Shown here one piece after another: positions 1 to 9,989 of a stretch of 64,000 bases of DNA (its first letter is position 1; each line of letters begins with the position of its first letter). The notes beneath the pieces are model-generated. The model did no database searches. It saw only the letters and a program-made list of their open reading frames with translations, and was not told the DNA's origin. The position numbers and the translations under genes were made by a program. Source of the stretch: Marispirochaeta sp. (GTDB taxonomy: Bacteria > Spirochaetota > Spirochaetia > JC444 > Marispirochaetaceae); NCBI GenBank assembly GCA_963676835.2, contig CAXXFF010000001.1, forward strand, positions 32,001 through 96,000. Reading direction: 5' to 3'.

Positions 1-57
1 TTCATAAATGGAGTACGAGACCTCGAAGGCGCAATACTCGGAGGAACCAATGCTTAA
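1..57 (+). CDS. fmt: 3' end of probable methionyl-tRNA formyltransferase (partial)
   Basis: Frame 1 reads FINGVRDLEGAILGGTNA*; F-x-NG-x-R is typical of the Fmt C-terminus, and the PASTA-rpe context fits. Confidence 0.55.
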   Translation, partial: FINGVRDLEGAILGGTNA

Positions 58-1081
58 ATTCCTTGCTAAAATAAAGACTCTTCTGCCAAGTGAATACGAT
101 TCGCCGGAACATCGTTACTTCAAGACAGTAATTTTCCTTGCGTTCGGCGCAATATTTCTTATGTTGCTCGCAGGCTTTATCGCCTTTACCGTTTCGATTC
201 AGGGCAATGAACAGACAATGGTACCGAATATGATCGGCAACGACCTTGAAAACGCACTGGTTTCACTGCAGGAAAAAGAGCTTTACCCCCATGTTCAGCT
301 GAGATACAGTTCCACCCCTGCAGACAAGGGTACTGTTCTTGAACAGGATCCCAATCCCGGAGCCATTGTTCGTGTAAAATCAAAGATTGTTCTGAAAGTC
401 AGCAAAGGATCAATAATAGACCGGGTTGACAATTACATTGGCTGGAATATTGATGATCTCGAAATACATCTTAAGAGTCTGGTATCTGTACACGGGCCTC
501 TGCTTAAAATTAAAGACCCCATTCAGCGGGTATTCAACGATCTGCCCGCAGGAACTATTATTTCTCAGACACCGGAACCGGGTACGGAGATAGCAGCAGA
601 AACAGATCTTGAACTGATTGTCAGCCGCGGTCCCCAGACCGGAACAATAACTGTGCTGGATTATACGGACATGCCCTATATGGATGCTGTTAACAGCCTT
701 ATCCGACAGGAGCTCTATTTTACCGTCAGCGCGAGGGATGCGGACAGTAATGAAGAACCCGGGATAGTTGCCAGCCAGAATCCGGCTCCTGAAACAGATG
801 TCCCCAGAGGTTCTCTCCATCAGATTGTTATTACCAGACCGGAAGATATACCGGAAGGGTATGTGTTCGGTATTCTTGAAAAAAGTCTTCCCAATTATGC
901 AGTACCGGCGTTGATTACAATTGATGCGGTCTCACCTGAAGGAAAGCGGGAAACACACTTGCAGCTGAAACACCAGGGAGGTCTCCTCTCAGTGCCGTAT
1001 CTGGAACCGGAGAACTCGGTACTGCTGGTGCTTATCGAAGGAACCGAAAAAATACGATTTACTGTAAAAAAGGAGCAGTAG
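50..1081 (+). CDS. PASTA domain-containing membrane protein
   Basis: One N-terminal TM helix, then three PASTA-like repeats (GTVLEQDP, GTIISQTP, GIVASQNP). ATG at 50 follows GGAGGA. Confidence 0.85.
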   Translation: MLKFLAKIKTLLPSEYDSPEHRYFKTVIFLAFGAIFLMLLAGFIAFTVSIQGNEQTMVPNMIGNDLENALVSLQEKELYPHVQLRYSSTPADKGTVLEQDPNPGAIVRVKSKIVLKVSKGSIIDRVDNYIGWNIDDLEIHLKSLVSVHGPLLKIKDPIQRVFNDLPAGTIISQTPEPGTEIAAETDLELIVSRGPQTGTITVLDYTDMPYMDAVNSLIRQELYFTVSARDADSNEEPGIVASQNPAPETDVPRGSLHQIVITRPEDIPEGYVFGILEKSLPNYAVPALITIDAVSPEGKRETHLQLKHQGGLLSVPYLEPENSVLLVLIEGTEKIRFTVKKEQ

Positions 1082-1084
1082 CAC

Positions 1085-1735
1085 ATGATACCCAAAATTG
1101 CGCCCTCAATACTGGCTGCTGATTTTACCAATATAAAAAAAGCAGTTGAGGATATCGAAGCCTCAGGTGCCGAATGGATTCATCTCGATGTAATGGACGG
1201 ATCTTTTGTCCCACCCATTACGTTTGGAAGTCAGATGGTACACGCCATAAGAAAGATTACAAAACTTCCCCTGGATGTTCATCTTATGATCAATGATCCG
1301 GATAAACATGTAGATGCATTTGCTGAAGCAGGTTCTGATTATATTACCGTACATGCCGAAGCAACCGTCCACCTGCACCGCGAACTTCAGAGAATTCGTT
1401 CCCTGGGTATCAAATCAGGCCTGTCAATTGTACCTTCAACACCGGTTGAAAGTATAATTGAAGTACTACCGGAAGTAGACCTCGTTCTGGTTATGTCGGT
1501 AAACCCGGGATACGGCGGACAGAAGCTTATCCCTGCCTGCGTAGAGAAGGTCAGAAAACTCGCATCTCTTAGAGAAGAACATGGGTATACATATGAAATA
1601 TCCATCGACGGCGGAGTAAACCGGGCCACCGTGTCCGAAATACGCAAGGCCGGGGCAGATGTTCTTGTAGCGGGGAGTGCTTTTTTCAATGCCGCTGATA
1701 AGACAGAAGAGGTAAACGCACTTAAAGGTGTGTAG
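1085..1735 (+). CDS. rpe: ribulose-phosphate 3-epimerase
   Basis: IAPSILAAD, IHLDVMDG, LDVHLMI, MSVNPGYGGQ and IDGGVN motifs. Confidence 0.97.
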   Translation: MIPKIAPSILAADFTNIKKAVEDIEASGAEWIHLDVMDGSFVPPITFGSQMVHAIRKITKLPLDVHLMINDPDKHVDAFAEAGSDYITVHAEATVHLHRELQRIRSLGIKSGLSIVPSTPVESIIEVLPEVDLVLVMSVNPGYGGQKLIPACVEKVRKLASLREEHGYTYEISIDGGVNRATVSEIRKAGADVLVAGSAFFNAADKTEEVNALKGV

Positions 1736-1795
1736 ACACTAATATCACTCATGACTTAAGAGGTTTATGTCGAAAAGTATAGCGGGGGTTTATAG

Positions 1796-2767
1796 GTGCC
1801 TAAGTTCTTACGAAACAGCTTTTTACTGCTTCTATTACTCATTGTTTTTTCCCGGGGAACAATACTCATAGCGGAAGTTCCGACTGCCCTGCGCGATGGT
1901 ATAGGAGCATATCAGAAAGGAGATTACGAACAGGCTCTCCGCGACTTTAGATCCCTGATTACCGGTTCGGTTTCCGACAGATATCAGGGAGAGGCTTATT
2001 TCTGGGTAGGAAAAACATATCTGGCCATGGATGCATACGATGATGCTGCAGGGAATATAGAGTATTTCCTGTCTGCATACCCAGACAGTTTTCTTCAGGC
2101 AGAAGGTCTGTATCAGAAAGGCCGGCTGCATTACCTTCAGGGAGATTTTGAACCGGCAGTTCAGGTTCTTTATCTCTACGTAAAGGATTACCCCGAAGAT
2201 GTCTTTGTCCCTAACGCCTTTTTCTGGATCGGAGAATCTCTCTATAGTCTTGGGCGTTTCGAGGAAGCAGAGAAGGTTTTTCAGCATATAATAGAGACCT
2301 ATCCCGGCAGCTATAAAATTGAAGGAGCGAGATTCCGCCTTCAACTTATTCAGTTCAAGTACAGAGAAGATGAACTTGTAAGGCTGTTGAAAATCAGTCA
2401 TGAAGAGTACCTCGATACGGTCGAAGAGTTTATTCAGAGAGAAAAAGCCTACGAACAGGCCCTTATGGAATACCAGAAAAGACTGGCTGTGGTTCTCTCG
2501 GAAGACATGCAGGCAGAACTTGATGACCTCACTGCCCTGATAAAAGAGAAGAATATCGAAATCAGTCAGCTCGAAAGTGCCAACAGCCAACTGCGAAAAC
2601 AGCTTGAAGATGCCGGTGAAGCAGCCTCGGTTCAAGCCCAGCCTGCCGCCCGGATATCGCCGACCGATACAGACAGCGTGATGCAGCTTTTGGAGCTGAA
2701 AGCAGACGCATTGGAACTGAAAGAATTCTATCTTGGATTGATTGAGAACAGGGGAGCCGGAAAATGA
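1796..2767 (+). CDS. exported TPR protein (CpoB/YbgF/BamD-like) with C-terminal coiled coil
   Basis: Signal peptide, TPR-like repeats (AYFWVG, NAFFWIGESLY, YPGS) and a heptad-rich C-terminus. Confidence 0.75.
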   Translation: MPKFLRNSFLLLLLLIVFSRGTILIAEVPTALRDGIGAYQKGDYEQALRDFRSLITGSVSDRYQGEAYFWVGKTYLAMDAYDDAAGNIEYFLSAYPDSFLQAEGLYQKGRLHYLQGDFEPAVQVLYLYVKDYPEDVFVPNAFFWIGESLYSLGRFEEAEKVFQHIIETYPGSYKIEGARFRLQLIQFKYREDELVRLLKISHEEYLDTVEEFIQREKAYEQALMEYQKRLAVVLSEDMQAELDDLTALIKEKNIEISQLESANSQLRKQLEDAGEAASVQAQPAARISPTDTDSVMQLLELKADALELKEFYLGLIENRGAGK

Positions 2768-3828
2768 CAAAAAAGATCCTGCTTTCATGTATCCTGTTCT
2801 TCACTTTTTCTTTAACCATTCCTCTCGCTGCGGAAGGAGTTAAAAACGGTCGGATTTCCATAAATTTTGCAGAAAAATATAAAAGTTTCACCTTTTCCTG
2901 GCTGAAGGAACTGGGAGGCCGTAGTTATTTGCCCCTTCTTTTTCCCGATGATCCACGGACAAGCAAATTCGACCTGCTTGTTAATAACCAGGTACATACA
3001 CCATCGGAAGATTATCAGTACTCGCCGGCATACAACCGGACAGAAAATGGCGGAAATTATACCTGGACGTCAAAGCAGCTGTTGGTAAATGAAAAGATTG
3101 AATTTCTTACAGCCCAGGGTTCACCTTTGTCAGATGGGCTTCTCATAACTTTTACTATAAAAAACATCAGTTCACAAAGACTGGTCCTCGGTTTGCGATA
3201 CCTACTGGATACCTATTTGGGTGAAGATGGTGATGTGCACTTTTTCGATGAATTCGGTTCTGCCATTAACAGCGAAACCGGTTATACCGCAGCAAACGCG
3301 CCCCGCTATCTCTTAAGTCCCTACCAGGGAAGCCGTACGGATGGGCTCATGATTATGCTCCGAAGCCCGGGGATAACCCTCCCTGATCAGATAACTCTCG
3401 CCAACTGGAAAAGAATCAGCGACAGCGCCTGGGAATATCAGATCAACACCACCAGGAACTTTTCACGTCCTCCATACAGTATTAATGATTCTGCTGTTCT
3501 GCTTTCTTACAAATCCCAGCCTGTTAATCCTGGCAGTACCCGGACTATAACCATAGCCATGGGGTATTATGCCCAGGGCGGATTCAGCCCTGAACTCAAC
3601 GAGGGCACTGAAAAGATCGGAAACCTGGTTGCAAGTCTTTCTGAAAACGAAACAGATGGCTCTTCTTCCGGAAGCACGCCGGAAGAAGAACTTGCTGCAG
3701 TCCGCGAGCTGATCAAGCAGATAGATGATATCCTTGAATTAGGTGAAGATATTCCTGAAGAGAAGATGATTTTACTCCATCAGCTAATGGACACGCTGAA
3801 ATCCAGGCAAGAGAACTTTATAGATTAG
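2764..3828 (+). CDS. exported hypothetical protein
   Basis: 354-aa ORF with a signal peptide, overlapping the upstream stop (ATGA). Confidence 0.7.
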   Translation: MTKKILLSCILFFTFSLTIPLAAEGVKNGRISINFAEKYKSFTFSWLKELGGRSYLPLLFPDDPRTSKFDLLVNNQVHTPSEDYQYSPAYNRTENGGNYTWTSKQLLVNEKIEFLTAQGSPLSDGLLITFTIKNISSQRLVLGLRYLLDTYLGEDGDVHFFDEFGSAINSETGYTAANAPRYLLSPYQGSRTDGLMIMLRSPGITLPDQITLANWKRISDSAWEYQINTTRNFSRPPYSINDSAVLLSYKSQPVNPGSTRTITIAMGYYAQGGFSPELNEGTEKIGNLVASLSENETDGSSSGSTPEEELAAVRELIKQIDDILELGEDIPEEKMILLHQLMDTLKSRQENFID

Positions 3829-3837
3829 GCCCGTAAA

Positions 3838-4917
3838 ATGGATTCTATAATTTCCGGCGCAGAGAAACTCTTTCTACGCGGTAAATACTCCAAAGTACTT
3901 CGCATGCTGGAACCACAGGTTTTCCAGTATCGGGACAGTTACCGTTTTTATCTTCTTTTAGGCTATTCCTGCCTTTATACAGGAGATTTCGGTGGAGCAT
4001 ATTCCTATCTTCGCAGGGCAGAACAGTTGAGCCATGGTGACATTCCAGCAAATCTCGGTATAGCCCTTATACATTCCAAAAGGGGGGAGACCGAATCTGC
4101 TATTCGTATCTGGCTGGATATTCTCGAGCGGAACAATAACTCCCGTGAAGCTCAACGGGGCTTGAAACTTATCCGTGAATCAAGAGATTTCTCAGAAATA
4201 TCCCTTCGACTTGAAGATGGAAAACTCGACAGATTCCTTTACTATCCCCGCAGAAAAAAAACAGCCCGATATATGGCCGCTGCTGTAATTATTATTGTTA
4301 TTATTACAGCGGGCCTGTTCTATTTTCGCCCCTGGGATTTTAGAAAACCCGCACTTAAACGTCCGGAAATTGCACGAATCAATTTTTATGAAAACAGCGA
4401 TAATCAGGAATCCACCGCCGGTGTTTTAGTTCTCGACGAAAACGAAGTTGAAAAACTCACAGTAACTATTCTTGAGTTAATGGACGCCTACCGTGATAAT
4501 CTTGCCATGGTGGAAATAAACAGGCTGCTTTTGTCCAATGCACCGGATAATGTAAAAGATAAAGCCCTCTACCTCTCAGGCTTAATGAAGCCTCCGGATT
4601 TCGCAAACTTAAAAGACAACTTCAGTTATCGGGAAGTTGCAATGAACCCGCGGCTCTATTCACAATGTTATGTAATATGGCGGGGCAAGCCGGCAAACAT
4701 CAATATTCAGGAAGATACGATTACCTTTGACCTTCTGGTCGGATACGAGTCAGAAACCATTCTGGAAGCTATTGTACCGGTGATTCTTGATTTTCCCATT
4801 GAATTAACGGAAAACAGATCGCTTGAAATTCTTGGGCAAATAGAACTTCTGAACTCATCTACCTACGAATCTCCTGTTTCATTAAAAGGAATTTCAGTTC
4901 ACCAGCTTCTCAATTAA
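3838..4917 (+). CDS. TPR-containing single-pass membrane protein
   Basis: N-terminal TPR-like helices and a central hydrophobic segment. Confidence 0.7.
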   Translation: MDSIISGAEKLFLRGKYSKVLRMLEPQVFQYRDSYRFYLLLGYSCLYTGDFGGAYSYLRRAEQLSHGDIPANLGIALIHSKRGETESAIRIWLDILERNNNSREAQRGLKLIRESRDFSEISLRLEDGKLDRFLYYPRRKKTARYMAAAVIIIVIITAGLFYFRPWDFRKPALKRPEIARINFYENSDNQESTAGVLVLDENEVEKLTVTILELMDAYRDNLAMVEINRLLLSNAPDNVKDKALYLSGLMKPPDFANLKDNFSYREVAMNPRLYSQCYVIWRGKPANINIQEDTITFDLLVGYESETILEAIVPVILDFPIELTENRSLEILGQIELLNSSTYESPVSLKGISVHQLLN

Positions 4918-4942
4918 AACCTATACTGGAAAGAAAAGATAA

Positions 4943-5392
4943 ATGCGGGCAGTTATACAACGGGTAAGTAATGCAGAAGTTAAAGTCTCAGGGGAAATTT
5001 CAGGACAGATAGATGAGGGTTTACTTGTTTATCTTGGGATCTGCAAGGGTGACTCTGAAGCTGATGCAGTCTATCTTGCAGAAAAAATAGCAGGTCTGAG
5101 GATATTTAAAGATTTAGAGGGCCGTATGAATCTGTCTGTTACCGATGTCGGAGGCAGTGCTTTGGTAGTTTCTCAGTTCACCCTCTGTGCTGACATACGT
5201 AAAGGAAAACGTCCTTCGTACAATATGGCTGCTGAGAATAATCTTGCCCGAAGTCTTTATACATTTTTCCTCGATCAGATTAAACTGCATATTGAAAATG
5301 TTCAGACCGGTATTTTTCAGGCTGATATGGAGGTAAACTCCATGAATGATGGTCCCGTCACAATCCTTGCAGATTCAAAAAAGGAATTTTGA
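4943..5392 (+). CDS. dtd: D-aminoacyl-tRNA deacylase
   Basis: MRAVIQRV, VSQFTL and NDGPVT motifs. Confidence 0.97.
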   Translation: MRAVIQRVSNAEVKVSGEISGQIDEGLLVYLGICKGDSEADAVYLAEKIAGLRIFKDLEGRMNLSVTDVGGSALVVSQFTLCADIRKGKRPSYNMAAENNLARSLYTFFLDQIKLHIENVQTGIFQADMEVNSMNDGPVTILADSKKEF

Positions 5393-5429
5393 CTATTCTC
5401 ATTACACCGTTTTCGCATAATACCTTAGC

Positions 5430-5458
5430 TTGACGATAAAATAAGCTCCATATACTAT
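5430..5458 (+). promoter_or_regulatory. putative sigma70 promoter of recA
   Basis: TTGACG-17 bp-TACTAT upstream of recA. Confidence 0.5.
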
Positions 5459-5510
5459 TGTTGAAATCAGAACGCAGCTTTCCCGGTTGTTATATCATGA
5501 GGAGGACTCA

Positions 5511-6674
5511 ATGGCAAAAAGATCATTACCTGAAACTAAACCGGCTCCGACCAACAGCGAAGAGCGACAAAAAGCGCTCGAAGCAGCCAGGCTCCAGATT
5601 GAAAAACAGTTTGGCAAGGGCTCACTTATGCAGCTGGGAAAAGAGAGACAAGACCTTAACATCGAGGCGATCCCTTCGGGGTCGATACTGCTGGACGATG
5701 CCCTTGGAGTAGGCGGGTACCCCAAGGGAAGAATCATTGAAATATACGGGCCCGAATCCTCAGGAAAAACTACACTTGCGCTCCATGGAATTGCAGAAGC
5801 TCAAAAAAAGGGCGGTATAGCAGCTTTTATCGATGCTGAGCATGCCCTTGATCCTGGTTATGCCCGCAATTTAGGGGTGAATATTGACGAACTATGGGTA
5901 TCACAGCCCGATACAGGAGAGCAGGCTCTGGAAATCGCAGAGTCACTGGTAAGATCCGGTGCGGTAGATATTATTGTAGTGGATTCCGTAGCTGCTCTTA
6001 CACCCCAGGCTGAAATTGAAGGTGAGATGGGTGATTCTCATATGGGATTGCAAGCCCGGCTCATGAGTCAGGCTTTGAGAAAACTTACCGCTACCATATC
6101 AAAATCAAATAGCTGTCTTATTTTCATTAACCAGATCCGTATGAAAATAGGTGTCATGTTCGGAAATCCGGAAACCACTACCGGCGGAAAGGCTCTGAAA
6201 TTCTACTCGTCAATGAGACTTGAAGTTCGTAAAATTGAAACCATTGCCAAGGGAACGGAAGATGCAATCGGAAACCGGGTGAGGGTAAAGGTTGTTAAAA
6301 ACAAGGTAGCTCCACCTTTCAGGAAAGCCGAACTTGAAATAATGTTCGGTAAGGGAATATCAGGTTCCGGCAGTCTTCTTGATGCAGCCCTTAAATTTGA
6401 GATGATCGAGAAAAGCGGAAGCTGGTACAGCTATGGAGAAGAGAGAATCGGTCAGGGACGGGAGAATGCAAAACTATTCCTAGAAAACAACCCGGACATA
6501 GCCAACGAACTGGAAACAAAATTAAGAAGCATACTGTTCCCTTCAAAAGATTTAACCGCTGCTCCAAAGGACGATAAAAAAACATCTGAACCTGCAGCAG
6601 GGAAAACGACAGATAAAGGGAACACCGGCGATAAAGCAGAAAAGAAAGGCGATTCCGGAGACGAACTCTTTTAA
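5511..6674 (+). CDS. recA: recombinase RecA
   Basis: GPESSGKTT Walker [30 protein letters not shown] at 5511 follows GAGGAGG. Confidence 0.99.
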   Translation: MAKRSLPETKPAPTNSEERQKALEAARLQIEKQFGKGSLMQLGKERQDLNIEAIPSGSILLDDALGVGGYPKGRIIEIYGPESSGKTTLALHGIAEAQKKGGIAAFIDAEHALDPGYARNLGVNIDELWVSQPDTGEQALEIAESLVRSGAVDIIVVDSVAALTPQAEIEGEMGDSHMGLQARLMSQALRKLTATISKSNSCLIFINQIRMKIGVMFGNPETTTGGKALKFYSSMRLEVRKIETIAKGTEDAIGNRVRVKVVKNKVAPPFRKAELEIMFGKGISGSGSLLDAALKFEMIEKSGSWYSYGEERIGQGRENAKLFLENNPDIANELETKLRSILFPSKDLTAAPKDDKKTSEPAAGKTTDKGNTGDKAEKKGDSGDELF

Positions 6675-6699
6675 ATATTTTTCGGGAGTTTAACTCAGA

Positions 6700-7224
6700 A
6701 TGGTAACAATACACCTGGGTATCGGGGGAAATATTGGAGATACAGAAGCCGAGATAGCTCGTGCATTTGAATTTCTGCAACTGTACCTGCATAATCCGCA
6801 AATATCCGGGATGTACCGTACCCTTCCCAGAGATGATATAGATCAGGCCCCTTTTATCAATGCAGTCATAAAAGGGGAGACAGAAAAAAGCCCTGAGCAA
6901 CTGCTTGATCTTCTTCAGCACGCCGAGAAAGTTTCCGGACGCGTCCGTGACCCCTTAAGGCCGAAAGGACCGAGATCACTGGATATAGATATGCTGCTTT
7001 TCGGACGCTCAGTTATTGAGACAAGCAGGCTTACAGTCCCTCATCCGAGGATGAACTTAAGAAAATTTGTACTGGTACCGCTTCTTGAGTTGACACCTGA
7101 TTTATCCGACCCGGCGACGGGAAAATATTACGCATCCATGCTTCAGAATCTGCCCGATCAGGGTATTTACTTCCTTACCATGAATGAATATAGTGGTAGC
7201 TTGTCCTGGGGGGATATAAGATAA
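6700..7224 (+). CDS. folK: 2-amino-4-hydroxy-6-hydroxymethyldihydropteridine diphosphokinase
   Basis: LGIGGNIG, FINAV, GPRSLDIDML, PHP, RKFVLVPL. Confidence 0.95.
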   Translation: MVTIHLGIGGNIGDTEAEIARAFEFLQLYLHNPQISGMYRTLPRDDIDQAPFINAVIKGETEKSPEQLLDLLQHAEKVSGRVRDPLRPKGPRSLDIDMLLFGRSVIETSRLTVPHPRMNLRKFVLVPLLELTPDLSDPATGKYYASMLQNLPDQGIYFLTMNEYSGSLSWGDIR

Positions 7225-7228
7225 TTTG

Positions 7229-8071
7229 ATGGAAACGCAGGCTGAAACTGAAAAACAGCAACAAAAGGATGACGGCTACAAGTTCAAACTCAATCAGTTT
7301 GAAGGCCCCCTTGATCTGCTGTTATTTCTGATTAAAAAATCCGAAATAAATATCTACGATATCCCTATATCAGAAATAACCGAACAGTATCTTGAGTTTA
7401 TTGAATATGCAGCCCAGGTCAATCTTGACAACATTTCCGAGTTCTATGTAATGGCAGCAACCCTGCTTTATATAAAATCACGCATGCTGCTCCCGGTGGA
7501 AGTCGATTTCGAAGATGAACTGGAAGACCCTCGTCAGGAACTGGTTAACCGACTGATAGAGTATCAGAAGTTTAAGAAAATCTCTGATCTTATGATGGAT
7601 AAGGAAGAAGAAAACGAATGGGCTATTGAAAGGAAAAAAAAGCAGCGTATTCTTCCCTTCGACGAACAGGAAGATATGTGGGACCAGATTGACGTCTGGG
7701 AGCTCCTGAAAACATTTTCCTCCCTTATTTCATCGATTTCTTCAGAACGGGTAATCGATCTCTATGAAGAAGTTTCCATAAATGAGAAAATCAGCCTGAT
7801 AAATGAATTGCTTGAGGACAAGGAATATTGCCTTTTCACCGAACTGATTATCAAGGAACAGTCCATCATGGAGGTGGTTTGTGCATTCCTTGCTATTCTT
7901 GAAATGGTTAAGATGAAACGGATTAAAATCTATCAAAACAGAATGTTCGGTGATATCCGTATTTCTCCCCATCCAACCGGCCTGGCCGACGCATACGTTG
8001 AAGGTGAAGAGGCAGATTACGATACTGACAATCAGACAGAGGAGCCGGAAGGAGATGAATCTGGAACGTGA
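7229..8071 (+). CDS. scpA: segregation/condensation protein A
   Basis: FEGPLDLLLFLI, IKSRMLLP, FLAILEM. Confidence 0.96.
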   Translation: METQAETEKQQQKDDGYKFKLNQFEGPLDLLLFLIKKSEINIYDIPISEITEQYLEFIEYAAQVNLDNISEFYVMAATLLYIKSRMLLPVEVDFEDELEDPRQELVNRLIEYQKFKKISDLMMDKEEENEWAIERKKKQRILPFDEQEDMWDQIDVWELLKTFSSLISSISSERVIDLYEEVSINEKISLINELLEDKEYCLFTELIIKEQSIMEVVCAFLAILEMVKMKRIKIYQNRMFGDIRISPHPTGLADAYVEGEEADYDTDNQTEEPEGDESGT

Positions 8072-8597
8072 AGCCGCTATAGTCGAAGCCATACTCTTTC
8101 TTGAATCAGACCCGGTGGAAGTTAAAACCCTGGCAAAGATAAGCAGGCTCGATAAGGATATAATTGAAGGTGCCCTTGAGTACCTTGAGAAGCACTATAA
8201 TGAAGATGGACACGGTCTCTCTCTCCGTGAAATTGGCGGCGGATACCTTCTCAGTCCCAAAGAAGACCTGTGGGAGGACCTGAAAGAGCGTTACGGAAAA
8301 AAGAATGATGCCAGGTTATCCCGGGCTGCCATGGAAACACTTTCAATTATTGCCTATTCACAGCCTATTACCAGAGGTGAAATTGAAGGAATCCGCGGAG
8401 TAAGTGCCGACGGAATGATAAAACTTCTCCTGAGCCGAAACCTGGTAAAAGAGGTAGGTAAAAAAGACGCTCCGGGCCGACCGGTTCAGTACGGTACAAC
8501 CCGGGAATTCCTAAAAGTTTTCAGGCTGAGCAGCATCAGCGATCTGCCGAAGCTGGATGAATTAAATCAGGACAGGTTTGAACTTGATGGAAGATAA
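8055..8597 (+). CDS. scpB: segregation/condensation protein B
   Basis: LSRAAMETLSIIAYSQPITR, IRGV, PGRP-x-x-YGTT. ATG at 8055 follows GAAGGAG. Confidence 0.95.
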   Translation: MNLEREAAIVEAILFLESDPVEVKTLAKISRLDKDIIEGALEYLEKHYNEDGHGLSLREIGGGYLLSPKEDLWEDLKERYGKKNDARLSRAAMETLSIIAYSQPITRGEIEGIRGVSADGMIKLLLSRNLVKEVGKKDAPGRPVQYGTTREFLKVFRLSSISDLPKLDELNQDRFELDGR

Positions 8598-9327
8598 AAA
8601 AGACGACGAAGTTCGTTTGCAGGTATTTCTTGCCCGATCAGGGGCAGGCTCACGGCGCGGATGTGAAGAAATAATCCGCCAGGGTCGGGTAAAGGTTAAC
8701 GGCCGCGTAATTAAAGAGATGGGCCAGAAGGTCAGTAGTGATGACATTATCGAAGTGGATCATAAAAGGGTTTATCCCGATCGACGTTTTATCTACCTGG
8801 CATTGAATAAGCCCAAATTTGTTGTATCAGCAATGAATGATCCGGACGGACGTAAAACAATTGATTTCTTTATCAAAGGAAAATTTCCTTTCCGTCTGTT
8901 TCATGTCGGACGTCTTGACTACCTCTCCACAGGGCTCATGTTTCTTACCAATGATGGGAATTTCAGTAAACACATAACAGACCCTGCCCGGGGTGTTGAG
9001 AAGGAATACAAGGTAGATGTATCCCGTACTCTCTCTCCAGAGATGCTGGACGGTTTTGTCCGGGGGGTAGTGATTGACGGCGAAAAACTTTCTATCGATT
9101 CTTACCGTCTCACCGGCGAAAAGAGCGTGCATATAATCCTCAAAGAAGGTAAAAACAGGGAAATCCGCCGACTTTTTAATCACAACAAGATACGGATCAA
9201 GAAACTTCATCGCATCAGAATCGGCGGCATCCAGCTGAAAGGTATGGTACCGGGAGAGTACCGTGTCATGAACAGCAGAGATCTTGCACAGCTCGGATAC
9301 AAGGCAGAGGGGCGTATATGGTCATAG
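8587..9327 (+). CDS. rluB: rRNA pseudouridine synthase, RsuA/RluB family
   Basis: S4 domain, LNKP, VGRLD, EGKNREIRR; follows scpB. Confidence 0.85.
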   Translation: MEDKKDDEVRLQVFLARSGAGSRRGCEEIIRQGRVKVNGRVIKEMGQKVSSDDIIEVDHKRVYPDRRFIYLALNKPKFVVSAMNDPDGRKTIDFFIKGKFPFRLFHVGRLDYLSTGLMFLTNDGNFSKHITDPARGVEKEYKVDVSRTLSPEMLDGFVRGVVIDGEKLSIDSYRLTGEKSVHIILKEGKNREIRRLFNHNKIRIKKLHRIRIGGIQLKGMVPGEYRVMNSRDLAQLGYKAEGRIWS

Positions 9328-9989
9328 CTCTCGACGGCCCCGCCGGTGTCGGGAAAAGTACAGTATCCCGGAAACTTGCTGAATTGGCGGGTTTTCATAA
9401 TCTTAATTCAGGTAATTTTTATCGTGCTGTTACCTGGGGGGCCCTCAATAACAGTATTAATACGTCAGATGAAGATGAGCTTGCCGAGTATGCAGGGAAG
9501 ATTCCCCTTGAATACACCGACGGCCGGTTAAGTATCAATGGTGAGGACATTACTTCACATCTTCATTCCGACGGTGTAGATAAAAACGTGGCCCAGGTAT
9601 CTTCTGTGCGTAAGGTGCGTCTCTTTGTTAACGAATGGCTGCGCAAAGTTGCCATGAATACAGATATCGTAATTGAGGGACGTGACATAAGTACGGTGGT
9701 TTTTCCCGATGCAGAACTTAAGGTTTTTCTCGATGCATCTCCAGAAATTCGTGCCAGAAGACGCTTTGATCAAGGTGTAAGTGATCTCAGTGTTGAGGAG
9801 ATCGCCGATTCCATTCGAAAGCGGGATGAGATCGACAGGAACAAGGAATGGGGTAGTCTTAAATGTCCTGAGGATGCCTTTTATCTGGACACATCGGGCT
9901 TGACCATAGAAGAAGTTTGTGACAAAGTATTACGTAAAATTCGAGAGATAAAGCAGACGACCGAGGAGACCAAGTCAGATAATGAGTGA
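9318..9989 (+). CDS. cmk: cytidylate kinase
   Basis: IALDGPAGVGKST, EGRDI, VVFPDA. Confidence 0.96.
   Translation: MVIALDGPAGVGKSTVSRKLAELAGFHNLNSGNFYRAVTWGALNNSINTSDEDELAEYAGKIPLEYTDGRLSINGEDITSHLHSDGVDKNVAQVSSVRKVRLFVNEWLRKVAMNTDIVIEGRDISTVVFPDAELKVFLDASPEIRARRRFDQGVSDLSVEEIADSIRKRDEIDRNKEWGSLKCPEDAFYLDTSGLTIEEVCDKVLRKIREIKQTTEETKSDNE

Noticed and set aside
1835..2788. Long antisense ORFs (1835-2788, also 28965-29726, 43542-44204, 45214-45873)
   Set aside because: Shadow frames of well-supported genes with no recognisable motifs.
5393..5510. LexA or WYL-type box at the recA promoter
   Set aside because: No convincing palindrome matching motifs I know or the island motif.
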